Shown here: positions 32,999 through 45,203 of the stretch, piece by piece
Layout: each line of letters opens with the position of its first letter
Position numbering within the stretch: position 1 is the stretch's first letter
Assembly (NCBI GenBank): GCA_032718475.1
Contig: JAUCBJ010008088.1
Span: forward strand, 1 to 64,000
Reading direction: 5' to 3'
DNA from: Nemertoderma westbladi
Taxonomy: Eukaryota; Animalia; Xenacoelomorpha
DNA: 64,000 bases
Program-made: the position numbers and the translations under genes
Notes under the pieces: model-generated
Told to the model about the DNA's origin: nothing
What the model saw: the letters and a program-made list of their open reading frames with translations, nothing else
Databases searched by the model: none

Positions 32999-35632
32999 AC
33001 GTCAAGATTTCTTCAAACTGAAAAAGTAAATTGTAACTGTAATTACCACCCAGTGACATTTTAAATGTTATCACCACTCAGAAAAACCCCATAACACTAA
33101 TTTTGAATAGTTTGTGCGCTTCTTAAATTTTAACAGACAGACAGACATACCAAAAACAGACAGACTGACTGACATGCAAACAATCGTCTAGAATCGGTAA
33201 ATAGTGAAAACCGACATCGTATTTGAAATCATCGGCAAATAAAAACCCAATAGCAAAAAAATGTAGGTGTTGGTGCTTTATTTATTTATTTGTTACATTT
33301 TTGACAGACAAACAGACAAGTATTCAGACAAACAGACAGAGTGACCTCCAATAGAAATAACAATTAAAAAATTGTCGCCTAAGGTCCATTCACTGATGTG
33401 TATCAGAATTCTGACGTATATACCTAATTTTTTACAAGTCTGCTTTGAAATATCGTAAAAGTTTTCATTTGAAAATCCCCCCAATTACAGAAAATTGGCG
33501 GGAACGTTTGAAACTCTCATAACTTGAAAGGCGTTTTTCTCAAAACTTTGTTAAAATTTGGTCATAAGACTACTAATTTTCAAAACTCAATATCTCAGCA
33601 ACACTTTATCGGATTTGAAATCTGTTTTCAGTGTTCGATTCAGCATAAAAATGTGTATTTGAATCAATAAAAAAACACAAAATTATTTTTTGTAACCGTA
33701 GGTCGGTTTCTTGATCAAACCTAACAAATTCTGAGATAAAGCCATTTAAAGTTTTCAAACCTTCCCACCATTTTTTGTTAAATGGAGGGATGATTCAAAC
33801 TATATTCAAAAAATAAGAATAAATAATCCAAAAATAGTACTTCTTAACTAAAATTTTCTATATGGGGGTTTGCGTGATTGCATTTCCGATATCAGTTTTA
33901 ACGTTTTATGAATTCAGACTGTCAGTTTAGAAAATCTCTAATTTGTTTAGAAAACCAAAATAATTTGCCCAATGACGAATTTGAAAGATTAATTTTGAAA
34001 GTTAGGCCATGCATTACTTCCTGTATTGCTTTGTTTTCTACTTTATTCAACAATACGGTATTGTACTGGTAAGTCGTATGTCATAAGTCAAAATAAATTA
34101 TGGAACACATTGGTTTAAAATGGAGCGCTTCCACTGGTATGTCATAAGTCGTTTGTTACGATTCATGAGTCGAAAGTGAATAAAGTGATTATGTCACATG
34201 TTCCATCTTTTGACATACGACTCATAAGTTATATCCGGCAAGAGGCCTGTGATTGGTTACTTTGGGTAGCAGCAAGCCAGAAAATATTGTACAGCAATTT
34301 ATTGTGTTCCATTAAATGTTAGGCGCAACTTAAATTTTTTAAGAAAAGACTTATTTATGACTTCCCCAGTATAGAGCCCGGGAGGTACTGTATATGCCTA
34401 CTTTTCACATCAACAGACTCAGACAAAATCTGAAAGCGATTTATAACATTCGACTCATGAGTTACCAGTGCCAGAGCGAGGGCCTACGTAATCTTAAATA
34501 TCATTGAAATATTAAACTACAGTAATAAAGACCTACTACCCTATGTAATGCAGCTTTGGTGAATTAATGCCATTTTTATTGGGAAGGAATATTCCACATG
34601 ATTGGGGTGTTGGGACAGTAAAATAAGTATCAAATTATAAGACTGTAAATTATGGGAATGTCAGTGAAACACTCGTAGACTGTAACACAGTCGATGTAGA
34701 TTTACTTAGAAATAAACAATACCACGAGAAATGAGGCCGAGTTTATTCGATATTATAGAAGTTGGTACAAATGGAGCTGGAGGAGATGAATCAGATTTAG
34801 AGGATTAAGTATTCGATTCTGGTGAATGAACGAACAATAAGGAACAAACAACATTAATAATAAATTAAAATGGTTAATCTTAAATTTTGATTTACAGGTG
34901 TTTTTTTTATTTCAAACGCTCTAGTAAAGCTTATGTTTTTCAATTTGTTGTTGCAATATTTAATTTTAGAAATATTTCTAAACAAGTTGAAAAAATTTAG
35001 AAATCACTATTTTTATTTATAAATTTCACTAACATATTTAGAAAAAAAAACCCTGACTGACAGACAGACAGGCTAAAAGACAGACAGCGAGACAGAAAGA
35101 CATGCAAGCAGGCAGACAGAACGACAGACAATCTATAAAATACATGAAACATTAAAATCGACATTAGAAATTCGATCACTAAACAGGAAAAATGTTGGAC
35201 ATTCTTTTTTTTGACAGACAAAACCGACTGAAAGGCAGACAGACAGCTATAACTCGAGACCTAAAATAGATCTCGCTATCTCGTTTTCAGTTTTGAAATC
35301 GCCATTAAATAAAAAAAAAAATTTATTTTTTTATCACAGACACGTGCGAAAAACATAAAGGCGGCACCCTGCCGCCCTGGGGGTCAGAATAATTTAAGTA
35401 TAGGCGAAACTCTGTCGCCCTTGGGGTTGAGTTATAACTATATAAAGGCGGCATACTACTGCATCACTTATGAGCATGATCCTGAATTATTTAGAATGAA
35501 AAAGGCGGCAGTGTGCCGCCTTTTTTTAGTGTTGGTACGCAAAGGATTAAAGAATTTCGGAAATTTCTTTAAGACTGCGTGAAATAGATAAATCCTCATA
35601 TGGGTCTCACACACGTGCTCCATTTTTCTCTC

Positions 35633-35660
35633 CTCCGGGTCGCCTCCGGCTTCGGCCGAA
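35633..35660 (+). mobile_element. Short 3'-end fragment of the SINE family seen at 37589-37828
   Basis: ccgggtcgcctccggcttcggccga is the reverse complement of tcggccgaagccggaggcgacccg at ~37603. Confidence 0.55.
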
Positions 35661-36588
35661 TAAGATAATCATTTTTTATAAAATCAGCGAGTATTTTATT
35701 TGACCGAGAACTGTAATCCTATAAAGTGCAAGATTACGACTTTGGTTATGTAATTTTATTCGAAAATGAATATAAAAAAAACCTCACAGAGAATTCTTGT
35801 ATATCGTTAATATACTGAGACCTAAGATGATTAGCTAACGTCCTACAGTACCGTAGCATACAGTATAATGAATGTTATTAAAATGAAAGTAAGTGACGGT
35901 ACCGGTAACGTATGTACCGGTAACGGGCCTAGCTCGTATGCTCTGTCCATGGGCGCCGCTAGATTTCCATTCGCTATAAAAACATTTGTCACCCGCCGTA
36001 AAAAGTCACCCACCGAGTTATAACAATATTTCAATTTTCGAATCAAATAATATTTGAAACTAATATTAAGTAAGATCAAAAGTGACCAAGAATAATTAAT
36101 AAATAATTTATGAGTATTTAGTGTGGCGGCCAACAGTCCTTTATTCAACGTCTAAATGATTAGTTAATAAAATAAACTTAAATTCAATTCATTGTTATAT
36201 TTTTGTTTAGTTTAATAGATAATAATAGACAAAATATTCCGGAATTCAGACAGCACAATTATTTAAAGCGCAAACAGCAAAGCAAATATGTACATTTATT
36301 ATGTTTAACATATAACATGGGTGTAAACACTACCCCGACAGCCGACAACCGACAGCCGACAAGGACAAATATGAAACTACAATTGTCTTTTTTGCAAGTC
36401 GCTTATTCGCTTATTGTATTGGTTATTATAACATTCCGCTGTAAATTATTCCTTTCCCTCAATTGATAATTAACTTTGTAACATTAAGTAGCGTTAATGG
36501 TTGTCGTTATTGGTTGTCTCTTGTCGGTGTAGCGTTGACACCACTGTAATCAGACTTATTGACATTAACTTTTTATATTATCAAACAG

Positions 36589-37057
36589 GCATCTGGATGC
36601 AAGTCCCATATTCGGTAACGAAGAGGTTCTACTAAACCGACAATCGACAAGGAGAAACGAATATCCGACGGGAAGTAAACCGAGCAACTGCATCGCCGAA
36701 ACTCCAATAACCTCGGCGACCCACACCACTTCCCGTAGCAACCAACGACCCACCACTAGCCCGGGCGGTTGCCAACCTTACGCCATGTACTCCGGAATCT
36801 CGGGCAGCGGGATAGTTTACAACCAACCGCCCGACGGCTCGTTGCACAGACACACATACAGACGAACTCCCTCTGAACTATCGCCGGCGGAGCGCTACCA
36901 AAACACCTCGCCTAGCAACCGGCATCGTATGGTGACGTCATTGACGCGCCCGGCAACGGGTATGCCGTCATCCACTGACTCCTGGAGTCCTCCGCCACTT
37001 AGGAAACAGTTTACCGGTAACAGCATAGGCTCCGCAATTCGATATTCAGAAAATTAA
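36589..37057 (+). CDS. iGluR probable last exon, intracellular C-terminal tail
   Basis: aaacag| acceptor; phase 2 matches the M4 exon (CG|G = Arg); open S/T/P-rich frame HLDASPIFGNEEVLLNRQ...SAIRYSEN*; AATAAA near 37240. Confidence 0.75.
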
Positions 37058-37588
37058 ACTATCTTTCTATTTCATCGACTTTTAGCTATATTTTAATTAC
37101 GCTTGTGAAGTGTACCTACTGTATGTGTATTTTGATTACATTATGTTCATCTTAGAAAGTTACAAAATTACATTTCCATGCTGATCTGAGTTGTTTGTTA
37201 CCCGATCGAACGTTCAATACATAGTTGGTGAGTGTGATTTAATAAAGACACTGCCGGCACCACCACCGTAAGGAACAAAGTTTAACACGTTTCATGTTCT
37301 ACTCGATTTGTTTATTCAAATATCAGATAAAGGAGGACTAGCTATTTTTTAGAAATTAAATGAATTGGAGTTGAGCTGTTAATGCAAATGCAATCCTTGA
37401 GCTCTGCTCGGGTACCTGCAGCTATTATTAGTTTGTGGTTGGCTGCCTGGGTTTGTGGCTGGCTGGCTGGGTTTGTGGCTGGCTGGCTGGGTTTGCGGCT
37501 GGCTGGGTTTGTGGTTAGAATGTTAGAACAGTAATAAGTCGGTCAATCATGGATGAAATGTAACCAAACTTGGTACACATGTACAGTA

Positions 37589-37828
37589 AAAAAAGCAAAC
37601 AGTCGGCCGAAGCCGGAGGCGACCCGAAGGCTCCTCTTTCGATAGATGCTACCCGAGGGTAGGGGTGGGCGCTACTCCTATACCAAGATTTGCTCCCAGT
37701 TATTTAACTGGTACTCATTTTATCGACCCCAGTGGATGAAAGGCTGAGTGGACCCTGGCGGGGCTGAACCTACAACCAATAGATTGCAGACCCGGCGCTC
37801 AATCCAATGAGCTACCCCGCCTTTGCAT
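37589..37828 (-). mobile_element. tRNA-derived SINE, full length
   Basis: Minus strand: A-box-like GGTAGCTCATTGG, B-box-like GGTTCAGCCC, central ACTCAGCCTTTCATCC...GGTCGATAAAATGAGTACCAG motif, T-rich tail; 12-bp TSD ACATGTACAGTA (37577-37588, 37829-37840). Confidence 0.85.
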
Positions 37829-38170
37829 ACATGTACAGTAGTATATCAAAATTTTAGAAATTATGCACATAGACAAACTTCTATAGTTCCTTTGTCTGCC
37901 GCTAGGGGCCGAATTGACAGAAAAGTAAAAGTAGCTGTAATTATAAAACCAACCATCATATTCATCTGAAATTTGGTAGTAGTAACCTACAAGCATTGCT
38001 TAATTAGAAATTCTACACACAGACAGACTTTTACAGTTCCCCTTCTGCTGCTAGGGGGCGAATTGTCAGAGCTCCAGTTCAACGTGCTTGGCATGGTTTA
38101 ACTATCAATGATGTAATATTATGATTTTATTCAGAAAAGGAAAAATTAGGAATTACGTCACCATCCCAGT

Positions 38171-38329
38171 AGTTTAACCAGCGCTATGCGTACGCTTCGG
38201 CCTATCAGGCCTCATCATTGTATACGATGTAAGAGTAAGTGTCAGGGGCAAGTTGACCCTGTACTATTTATTGCGCTACTGATGAGGCGGCCTGGTAGGC
38301 CGAAACGTATGTATTGCAATGGTTCAACT
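38171..38329. ncRNA. Inverted pair of degenerate minimal hammerhead ribozymes (Penelope-like terminus relic)
   Basis: + strand gcgcta-CTGATGA-ggcggcctggtaggcc-GAAAC-gtat-GTA; - strand TGATGA-ggcctgataggcc-GAAGC-gtac-GCA-tagcgc. Confidence 0.7.
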
Positions 38330-39322
38330 CACGATGAGGTGCTTCCTCATTTTTACCACTTGAACAAAACCACAATATTATATATTTGTTTCAAAGTTAT
38401 TGAAGAATTCATCTAATTGTTCTGTTTATAATAGGGGCTATTTTGAAAAAATTACCATCACTCCATTACTTTTACTTTTAGCGCCAGGTTGTAGGCCTAC
38501 AGGTGGCCTTTATAATATTACAATACTGAATTTGATTTCTGGTAGGCCTAATTATTTTCAAGTGTTCCAAATGCTTAATTTTCTTTCACTGGTTATTTAT
38601 CTCACAAAGGCAGTTTCAGAACAATACAACAAACGGTAGTGGTTTCTCATGCAGTATTTTTTGTCAACATTTTCTTATAAAATTATTATTATTACTAAAA
38701 TTATATTTCAAAATGTGTCACGCACTTTTACGTCTCACCGAAATTCGCCACTCGGGAAATTTATATGCGCTGAATATTCTGCCATTCTATTGAGTATCCC
38801 AGGAAACTCCAAACATAGTTACAATATCACACAACATTTTAGAGCAAAATCTAAAATTAAGATATATGCTTCGGAGTTACGGTTCGGCAAGCGCCCTAAA
38901 TTAGTTTTGGCTAAAAAAAATGGTAAAGAACAAACATTACATTTTGAAAGCCATTCCAATTGATTCAGATAAATTGGTAAAATTCAAAATTTCATACATT
39001 ATACGTATATATACTGTACAACGATAACCGACGACTGGGACAATCGACGTTACTTTGAAATAAAAAGTGGCACACCCGGCTACATGGTTTGTAAAATAGG
39101 TTATAGGTGTACAGTTACGTTGTATGGTTGTTTCACCATATGCAACTCAAATTAACAGGTTATGGTTACAACAATATATTTCATAGTGGACCGGGGGGCG
39201 AATACCCTTGGTGGGTTTCATCTATTTGACTATTTAATTAATCACCTATTAAGAATTACACTTTTCCTGATGCTACCGGTGAAATTTACCGAGTTCCTCT
39301 ATGTACTACCGCGTTCTATGAA

Positions 39323-39455
39323 CTACCGTTCCTCAAGATCCTTCTCTAGAAGATTGACCTCTATGCTGCGCTCCGTCAGCATATCTAAGATAATATCCAT
39401 CTTCAGTTTCAATAGATTGTTCTGTTCGTGTAGCTCCTTATAGGCGCGTTTTAAT
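39323..39455 (-). CDS. CBY1: Chibby homolog, coding exon 2
   Basis: tttcag| acceptor; LKRAYKELHEQNNLLKLKMDIILDMLTERSIEVNLLEKDLEER*, matching the Chibby coiled coil (ENNLLRLKVDILLDML). Confidence 0.93.
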
Positions 39456-40341
39456 CTGAAATTTTAAATGTAAATTAAATAATAGCCACGAATTGATTGT
39501 TTGACAAATATGAGATTTAACTCAATTGATGAGGCGACTCATTAAATTAGTGTAGCCAAAAAGTCTTGTAGAAGAATAAATGAAATGCCCGCCTGTCTGT
39601 GAGTTGGCTTTCAGGCTGCGCTGAAACTATTTTGAGAAGAAAAGAGGTTGGTTGTATTTCTTTGTGAAAAGGAGTATTTATATTTATTCAATCATTTTAA
39701 ATTTGTGGTTGAGTTTTACAAGAGTTGGCAAGTTGAGAATGCCAACGAGTGGAAAAATCAACACACGCGGGCATAATATCTCAATTTCGCTATGGAAAAT
39801 GAGTGGAAAAGAGCGATTTCCGTTACTCGTTTCATTTTCTTGACTAATATTTTACTTTTCTTAACTGATTTCTGGAAAATTCATGAAACAAAGTTAGATT
39901 AATTAACTCCTTTCTAAAAAAAATATTAGTGAGAAAAAGGTGATTTTTCGAAAAAAAATGTGCTACCTAATCCTACAACACCAAACATCAATATCCTGTA
40001 AAACTTGTAAATTATGGGATTAAATTGACTAAAGATATAACGTCACCTATTAATTAACAATCATTGTCTTTAATACATCCAGTTGGTATCAGTACTTTAG
40101 ATCCAGGCTAGATTTAGATACTGTAGTAGATTAGATTGGTGCCGGTAACATTTAATCAGGGTTTGTTGGTCATTACAGAAGCTCGAACCAAATATAAATG
40201 TTAAGGATTTTTGGGCGTTATTGCCATAGGTTCGAAGGACATGAATCACTCTTGTAATCTGGGAATCTAACGTCCGCGGGATCTGTAGTCCCCCAACCAT
40301 GCAGTTACCACTAATATAAACGATGTAGGCCTAATATAAAC

Positions 40342-40568
40342 CTGTGGACATCCTTGATGGTCGCAGCCGTCGCTCCAGGACTGTCCACGTACCACTGACC
40401 GTTATGGAAGGCCAACTCCTCCTGGTCCAACTTCACGTTCACCATCCCGAAGTCGATTCCGAAATCGGAGGCGATTTGCGCCGAATTCAACCCGCTGAGA
40501 TTGGTTAGGGATTGGGAACGACGTGGTGGAGCCTTCTTGGGGGCAAATTTATTACCTAAGATAGGCAT
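40342..40568 (-). CDS. CBY1: Chibby homolog, coding exon 1
   Basis: MPILGNKFAPKKAPPRRSQSLTNL...LAFHNGQW, matching the Chibby N-terminus (FSPKKTPPRKSASLSNL...LKFENGQW). Exons of 227+133 nt give 119 aa plus stop. Confidence 0.93.
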
Positions 40569-41571
40569 TGTAAACCCTAAGTTACTACAGTATAAATAAT
40601 AACAATTTTAATTGTAAGGTGAAACCCGCTATTATATTTGCAATATGTCTAAACAAATTATGAGATTATTTCAAATAATTGTTAACGTAGCCATGTCAGG
40701 CTAAATATATACAATATCATCTTGGCAAGTCGTACCAACTTTAACCAAAAATCTGGCAAACTACAGTATTTTACTCTGAGAAATACATCTTTAAAAAGGC
40801 TTGCTTGGTATTTCCGCTAGTATATTGTAAACAAAACTCATGTGTGTAGGCTGGCTATATTTATTAATAAATTCAATTGATATCTAAATTAATTCACACG
40901 CAACATTAACTTTACTCCTGTGGTATTAATTAACATACAGGTACAGCACGCTAGGCAGCTACTTTATAATTAGGGTGACGTCCTTTTAAATTTAGGGTGA
41001 TCTACTATATTAGTGTTGAGATAAACGAATAATTTAGGAAAGAACAGTACAGAAATCGAGGCAAGCGCCTTTACTTTCGCATTCTGAACTCATTCTGGTA
41101 GTGCCGTTAGACAGACATGGTACTGTAAACTACCGGTCCGTATGGCTTTTTCCGAAGCCATTCATTAAATCCTTCTCCTTTATAAGAAATTTCATTAACG
41201 ATTAATTAAACTGCTGATGATGTAATGGTAACGCTTATTATTTTACCGAATCGACCACAACGCATGCATCCTTGCCAATAGATGAACATTATCTATACTA
41301 TTTACGTGATTGTAAACATCTTCAACAAAAATACAAATTTATTTAATTATTACCAAATATAAAGTTACAATACAAGGACAATGTTTCTAGTGACTTTATC
41401 CAACACTAAAATGGTGAAATTATAAATATGAGAATATTAGTTAGCCTCAAATTCAATTTAAACACGCAGGCAATGACAACAATCAATAATTAATTATGTC
41501 AACCAGATGCTTTGATGGGGGCTAGACTAGAGATGTAGTGGGTGTTTCACAGGACCATTTGAATATAGGAA

Positions 41572-42467
41572 ATGGCACGTAACACTTTAAGCCAAAAAAG
41601 TGGTCAAAACATAAAGTTTTCAAAAGCATGACATATTATATATATTTCGAAAGCTCAGAATTTTTTCTTTTTTTAGTGCTAATCAGCTTTTACATTTTTT
41701 AAACAATGTTGGGATTTTACACATTTAAATCAAACTTTTTAAACAACATAATACTTTGATAAAACTATCGCTTTTACATTACCGTTCGGTAGAATTATAA
41801 CAGTGGACGTATTATACCTCTACACTAATATAATAAATATTGTTGGAAAAGGCTTTAATACTCAACATTAGCCCTTCATTATGCCTGTAATTTCGCCCCA
41901 TAGAGAATGTTTCCCAAATTAATGAAGAAAAGTTGCGCATTTCATATGTAACTTGTCAAGAAAATATGTATTCTGTCTACCAATTTATATACAGTATTCA
42001 CGAAGTCATTGTTACAAGACTACTATATTTAGGGACAAACCACTCAATATTTGACAAGTCTACTTTTTTTATAATAGTCTTGGAAATTCTAGCTCCTGTA
42101 GCCAAATTACAGTTCATTCAAAATATGACACTCAATGCATATGAAGCCTAACACTATAGGTAGTCTTGGAAGCATAACGTTGGATTTTCAAGGATCTAGT
42201 CTCTGTATTTTTTTATATGCTTGAATTTTGATTTCCAAGGAACAGCTTGTCTCAATATTTCGCGTAGTTGTAATAAACTTTATCCCAATTTCATACCGCT
42301 AATAGATATGATATTTATTTTTGATGGTTCCACCGAATAGAACATAAAATTTTAGTATAGAAAAATTATATGAAATATAATATTGAAATTTCAAGATATA
42401 ATTCTAAATTTTTTTAACATTTAACATTTTAATTGGACATTTAATTCCTTAAAGTGTTACGTGCCAT
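41572..42467. mobile_element. MITE with ~20-bp TIRs
   Basis: ATGGCACGTAACACTTTAAG ... CTTAAAGTGTTACGTGCCAT; AT-rich non-coding interior; TSD unclear. Confidence 0.65.
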
Positions 42468-43134
42468 ATATTTATTGGTTGACATTGAGTGTTTTACTGA
42501 ATGCCATGGTCGCCAAACAACATTTACGGAACGCTTTCTCTTAAAAAGCCGATTCTATTCTAGTCCAGTATAGACTCTACACAAGAGAGTCAGCTAATAT
42601 GATCGTCGCATGGGAACGTTAATTAGTAATACATTGAGGAATAAAAACTCACAGGTTATCAAAATACGTTTTTATTATCAACCAAAACGTTAAATAATTA
42701 CGTGGCAACATAAAATATGAACAACAATAAAACGAAACTACAAACGCGGTAATATATACAAAAATACTGGCAGTTAAAGCACCTCCACAATACAAGAGCA
42801 CAAAACGTTAGACATGTAAATAACAAATTACTTGACGACAAACTAAACTGCCATATATCGAGAAGTTAACAAATATCGACCCTGAAAACATTATTGAAAC
42901 AATTATTCTGAAAGCAGCAAAAAGCGACAGAACAGCAACCAAATAAGCTGTGGGGCGAGCCACGAAGCGGAACGCTAATAAGTTGGTCAATCTTTGATGA
43001 AATGGAACCAAACTTGGTACATAAGTAGTCTATCACAACTTTATAAATTATACACAGACAGACTTCTATAGTTCCTCTGTCCACCGCTAGGGGGAGCGAC
43101 CATGTCCACTCATTTTACCGCTAAGCAAAGGTTC

Positions 43135-43637
43135 ATATCGACCCCTTAGAACCAACCATGCTCAGCCATGTCCACATGTTGTCACTAGGAGAAAAACGCT
43201 TTTAAGTTTTTTTAAGTGTCGCGAAAAATCAACACATCATTATAATGATAATGTTTTTTCATTGAAAATTTATGTCCCAACCTCAATTACAGGGCGTGAT
43301 ATCAAAACGTTTGGAATATGTAGGCCTAGTGCCAATTTTGAAAACCACAGAATTTTTCGAACTTTTTTGCTCATTCTTACTTAATTGAATTGACTTTTAA
43401 AAAAATTTGAATTATTATTAGGATAGTAAGTGTAGGAAATTAGAATAAATAAATTATATTAAAATGGACCATGTGTCCCAGAAGTCCTGGAAAATAATGC
43501 GATAAAATGAGCCGAGTCCATGGAAATGGATCATTTATTGTAAAACCCGCCTTTTGTTATTAAATCGAAACTACATTTTATTCAGAATTCGCACAAAATG
43601 CGGACATAGCTGGTTATGGATCTAAGGTGCCGATATA
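43135..43637. mobile_element. Degenerate MITE
   Basis: Imperfect TIRs atatcgaccccttaga..cagccatgtccacat / atgcggacatagctg..tctaaggtgccgatat. Confidence 0.45.
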
Positions 43638-44160
43638 TACTTCGTGACCCGCCCCCACTCGTATTTGGCTAGGTAAACACTTTACCCTCACAAAATACAA
43701 TAAAAAATATTTTACAAAATTTCATATAATTTGTTATGTTTTCTATAATTGTAATTGAAAGTTTTTTTTTTTAATTAGATTCAATAATTGTTGATAAAAA
43801 TGACGGACATATTTATATTATATTAGATAATAAATATAATTAGATCGGTACATATTGAAGTAAAATTAAATAGTTGGGATGAATAATAAATAATACAATA
43901 TTGAGATTCCAGAATAATTTACCAAAAAATTATTGCCAACAATAAATATTACCATAGAAGTTCACTACGGCATCAACAACTACATGTAATTCGATTTAAA
44001 TAAACTATAAATATAATAATTAAGTTTGCAGATCATTATGTATTGCAATAAATATTTACATAATTGGTGTGCGGTTATTAAACGAACGGTAGTGAGTACA
44101 AATAAGGATGCGAGGGATTATAACATTGTAAAGTACTTTGCAACAAGAGTATGTATATAG

Positions 44161-45203
44161 TAGGGTAGGTCGATTTTTACTTTTTTTGGATATCTAGATT
44201 TTCTCATTGATAAAAAGTGGCCTTGGGTCCTAAAACTTTGTAGAAACAAAATTTTAACTCCTAAAAATTATGTTTGACCCCTGCACTGGACGTCGTCCAG
44301 TTCCCGCCCTAGCCGCTAGTGAGTCATTTTCCCAATTATTGTGATGATCAACTTCTAGTATTCCTACCGCATTGATATTATGCTCATTAGAACCGCAATG
44401 ACCGATTTAGTTGGTGTAGACACCTTCAAAACAAGCATAGAGCGAGTAGTTTTTGAGATATTGCAGAATATGTGAAGTCCGGTACAAGTCAACATTAGCG
44501 CCTTGATGCGGTATTGACAAATACACTAAAAATGATACTTTTAATTATCTCAAGGCATCCACAATTTACACATAACTGCAGTGATCAATTTAGGGGATGT
44601 TGAAACTCTAATAATATGAGTTCAGTGATTAGTTCTCGAGTTATTGTACAAAACGTCTGGACTGAGTCAGCTCAATATAAGGTCATTAATTGGTGGACCT
44701 AACCTTGACATTTTGTACAATAACTCGAAAACTAATCACTCAATTAATATTTTTAGAGTGTCAACATCCCCTAAATTGATCATTGCAGTTATGTGTAAAT
44801 TGTGGATGCCTTGAGATAATTAGAAGTATCATTTTTAGTGTATTTGTCAATACCGCATCAAGGCGCTAATGTTGACTTGTACCGGACTTCACATATTCTG
44901 CAATATCTCAAAAACTACTCGCTCTATGCTTGTTTTGAAGGTGTTTACACCAACTAAATCGGTCATTGCGGTTCTAATGAGCATAATATCAATGCGGTAG
45001 GAATACTAGAAGTTGATCATCACAATAATTGGGAAAATGACTCACTAGCGGCTAGGGCGGGAACTGGACGACGTCCAGTGCAGGGGTCAAACATGATTTT
45101 TAGGAGTTAAAATTTCGTTTCTACAAAGTTTTAGGACCCAAGGCCACTTTTTATCAATGAGAAAATCTAGATATCCAAAAAAAGTAAAAATCGACCTACC
45201 CTA
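44161..45203. mobile_element. hAT-type foldback element (near-perfect ~495-bp inverted arms)
   Basis: Termini TAGGGTAGGTCGA...TCGACCTACCCTA; 8-bp TSD GTATATAG (44153-44160, 45204-45211); short central spacer at ~44655-44709. Confidence 0.9.

Larger units (their letters stand above)
16885..33725. mobile_element. Non-autonomous TIR element, Sola1-like (middle layer of the nest)
   Basis: ~40-bp TIRs GTGAGGTTTGATCAAGAAATCGACCTACCGTTGCAAAAA / TTTTTGTAACCGTAGGTCGGTTTCTTGATCAAACCTAAC; 4-bp TSD AAAT (16881-16884, 33726-33729); internal (GACA)n-containing repeats. Superfamily inferred only from the AWWT TSD. Confidence 0.7.
16067..35546. mobile_element. Non-autonomous piggyBac-like element (outer layer of a nested insertion)
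   Basis: TTAA|CCCTTCGCGTACCAA on the left and TTGGTACGCAAAGGA|TTAA on the right. TTAA TSD and CCCTT-like termini are piggyBac hallmarks. No transposase seen. Confidence 0.7.
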
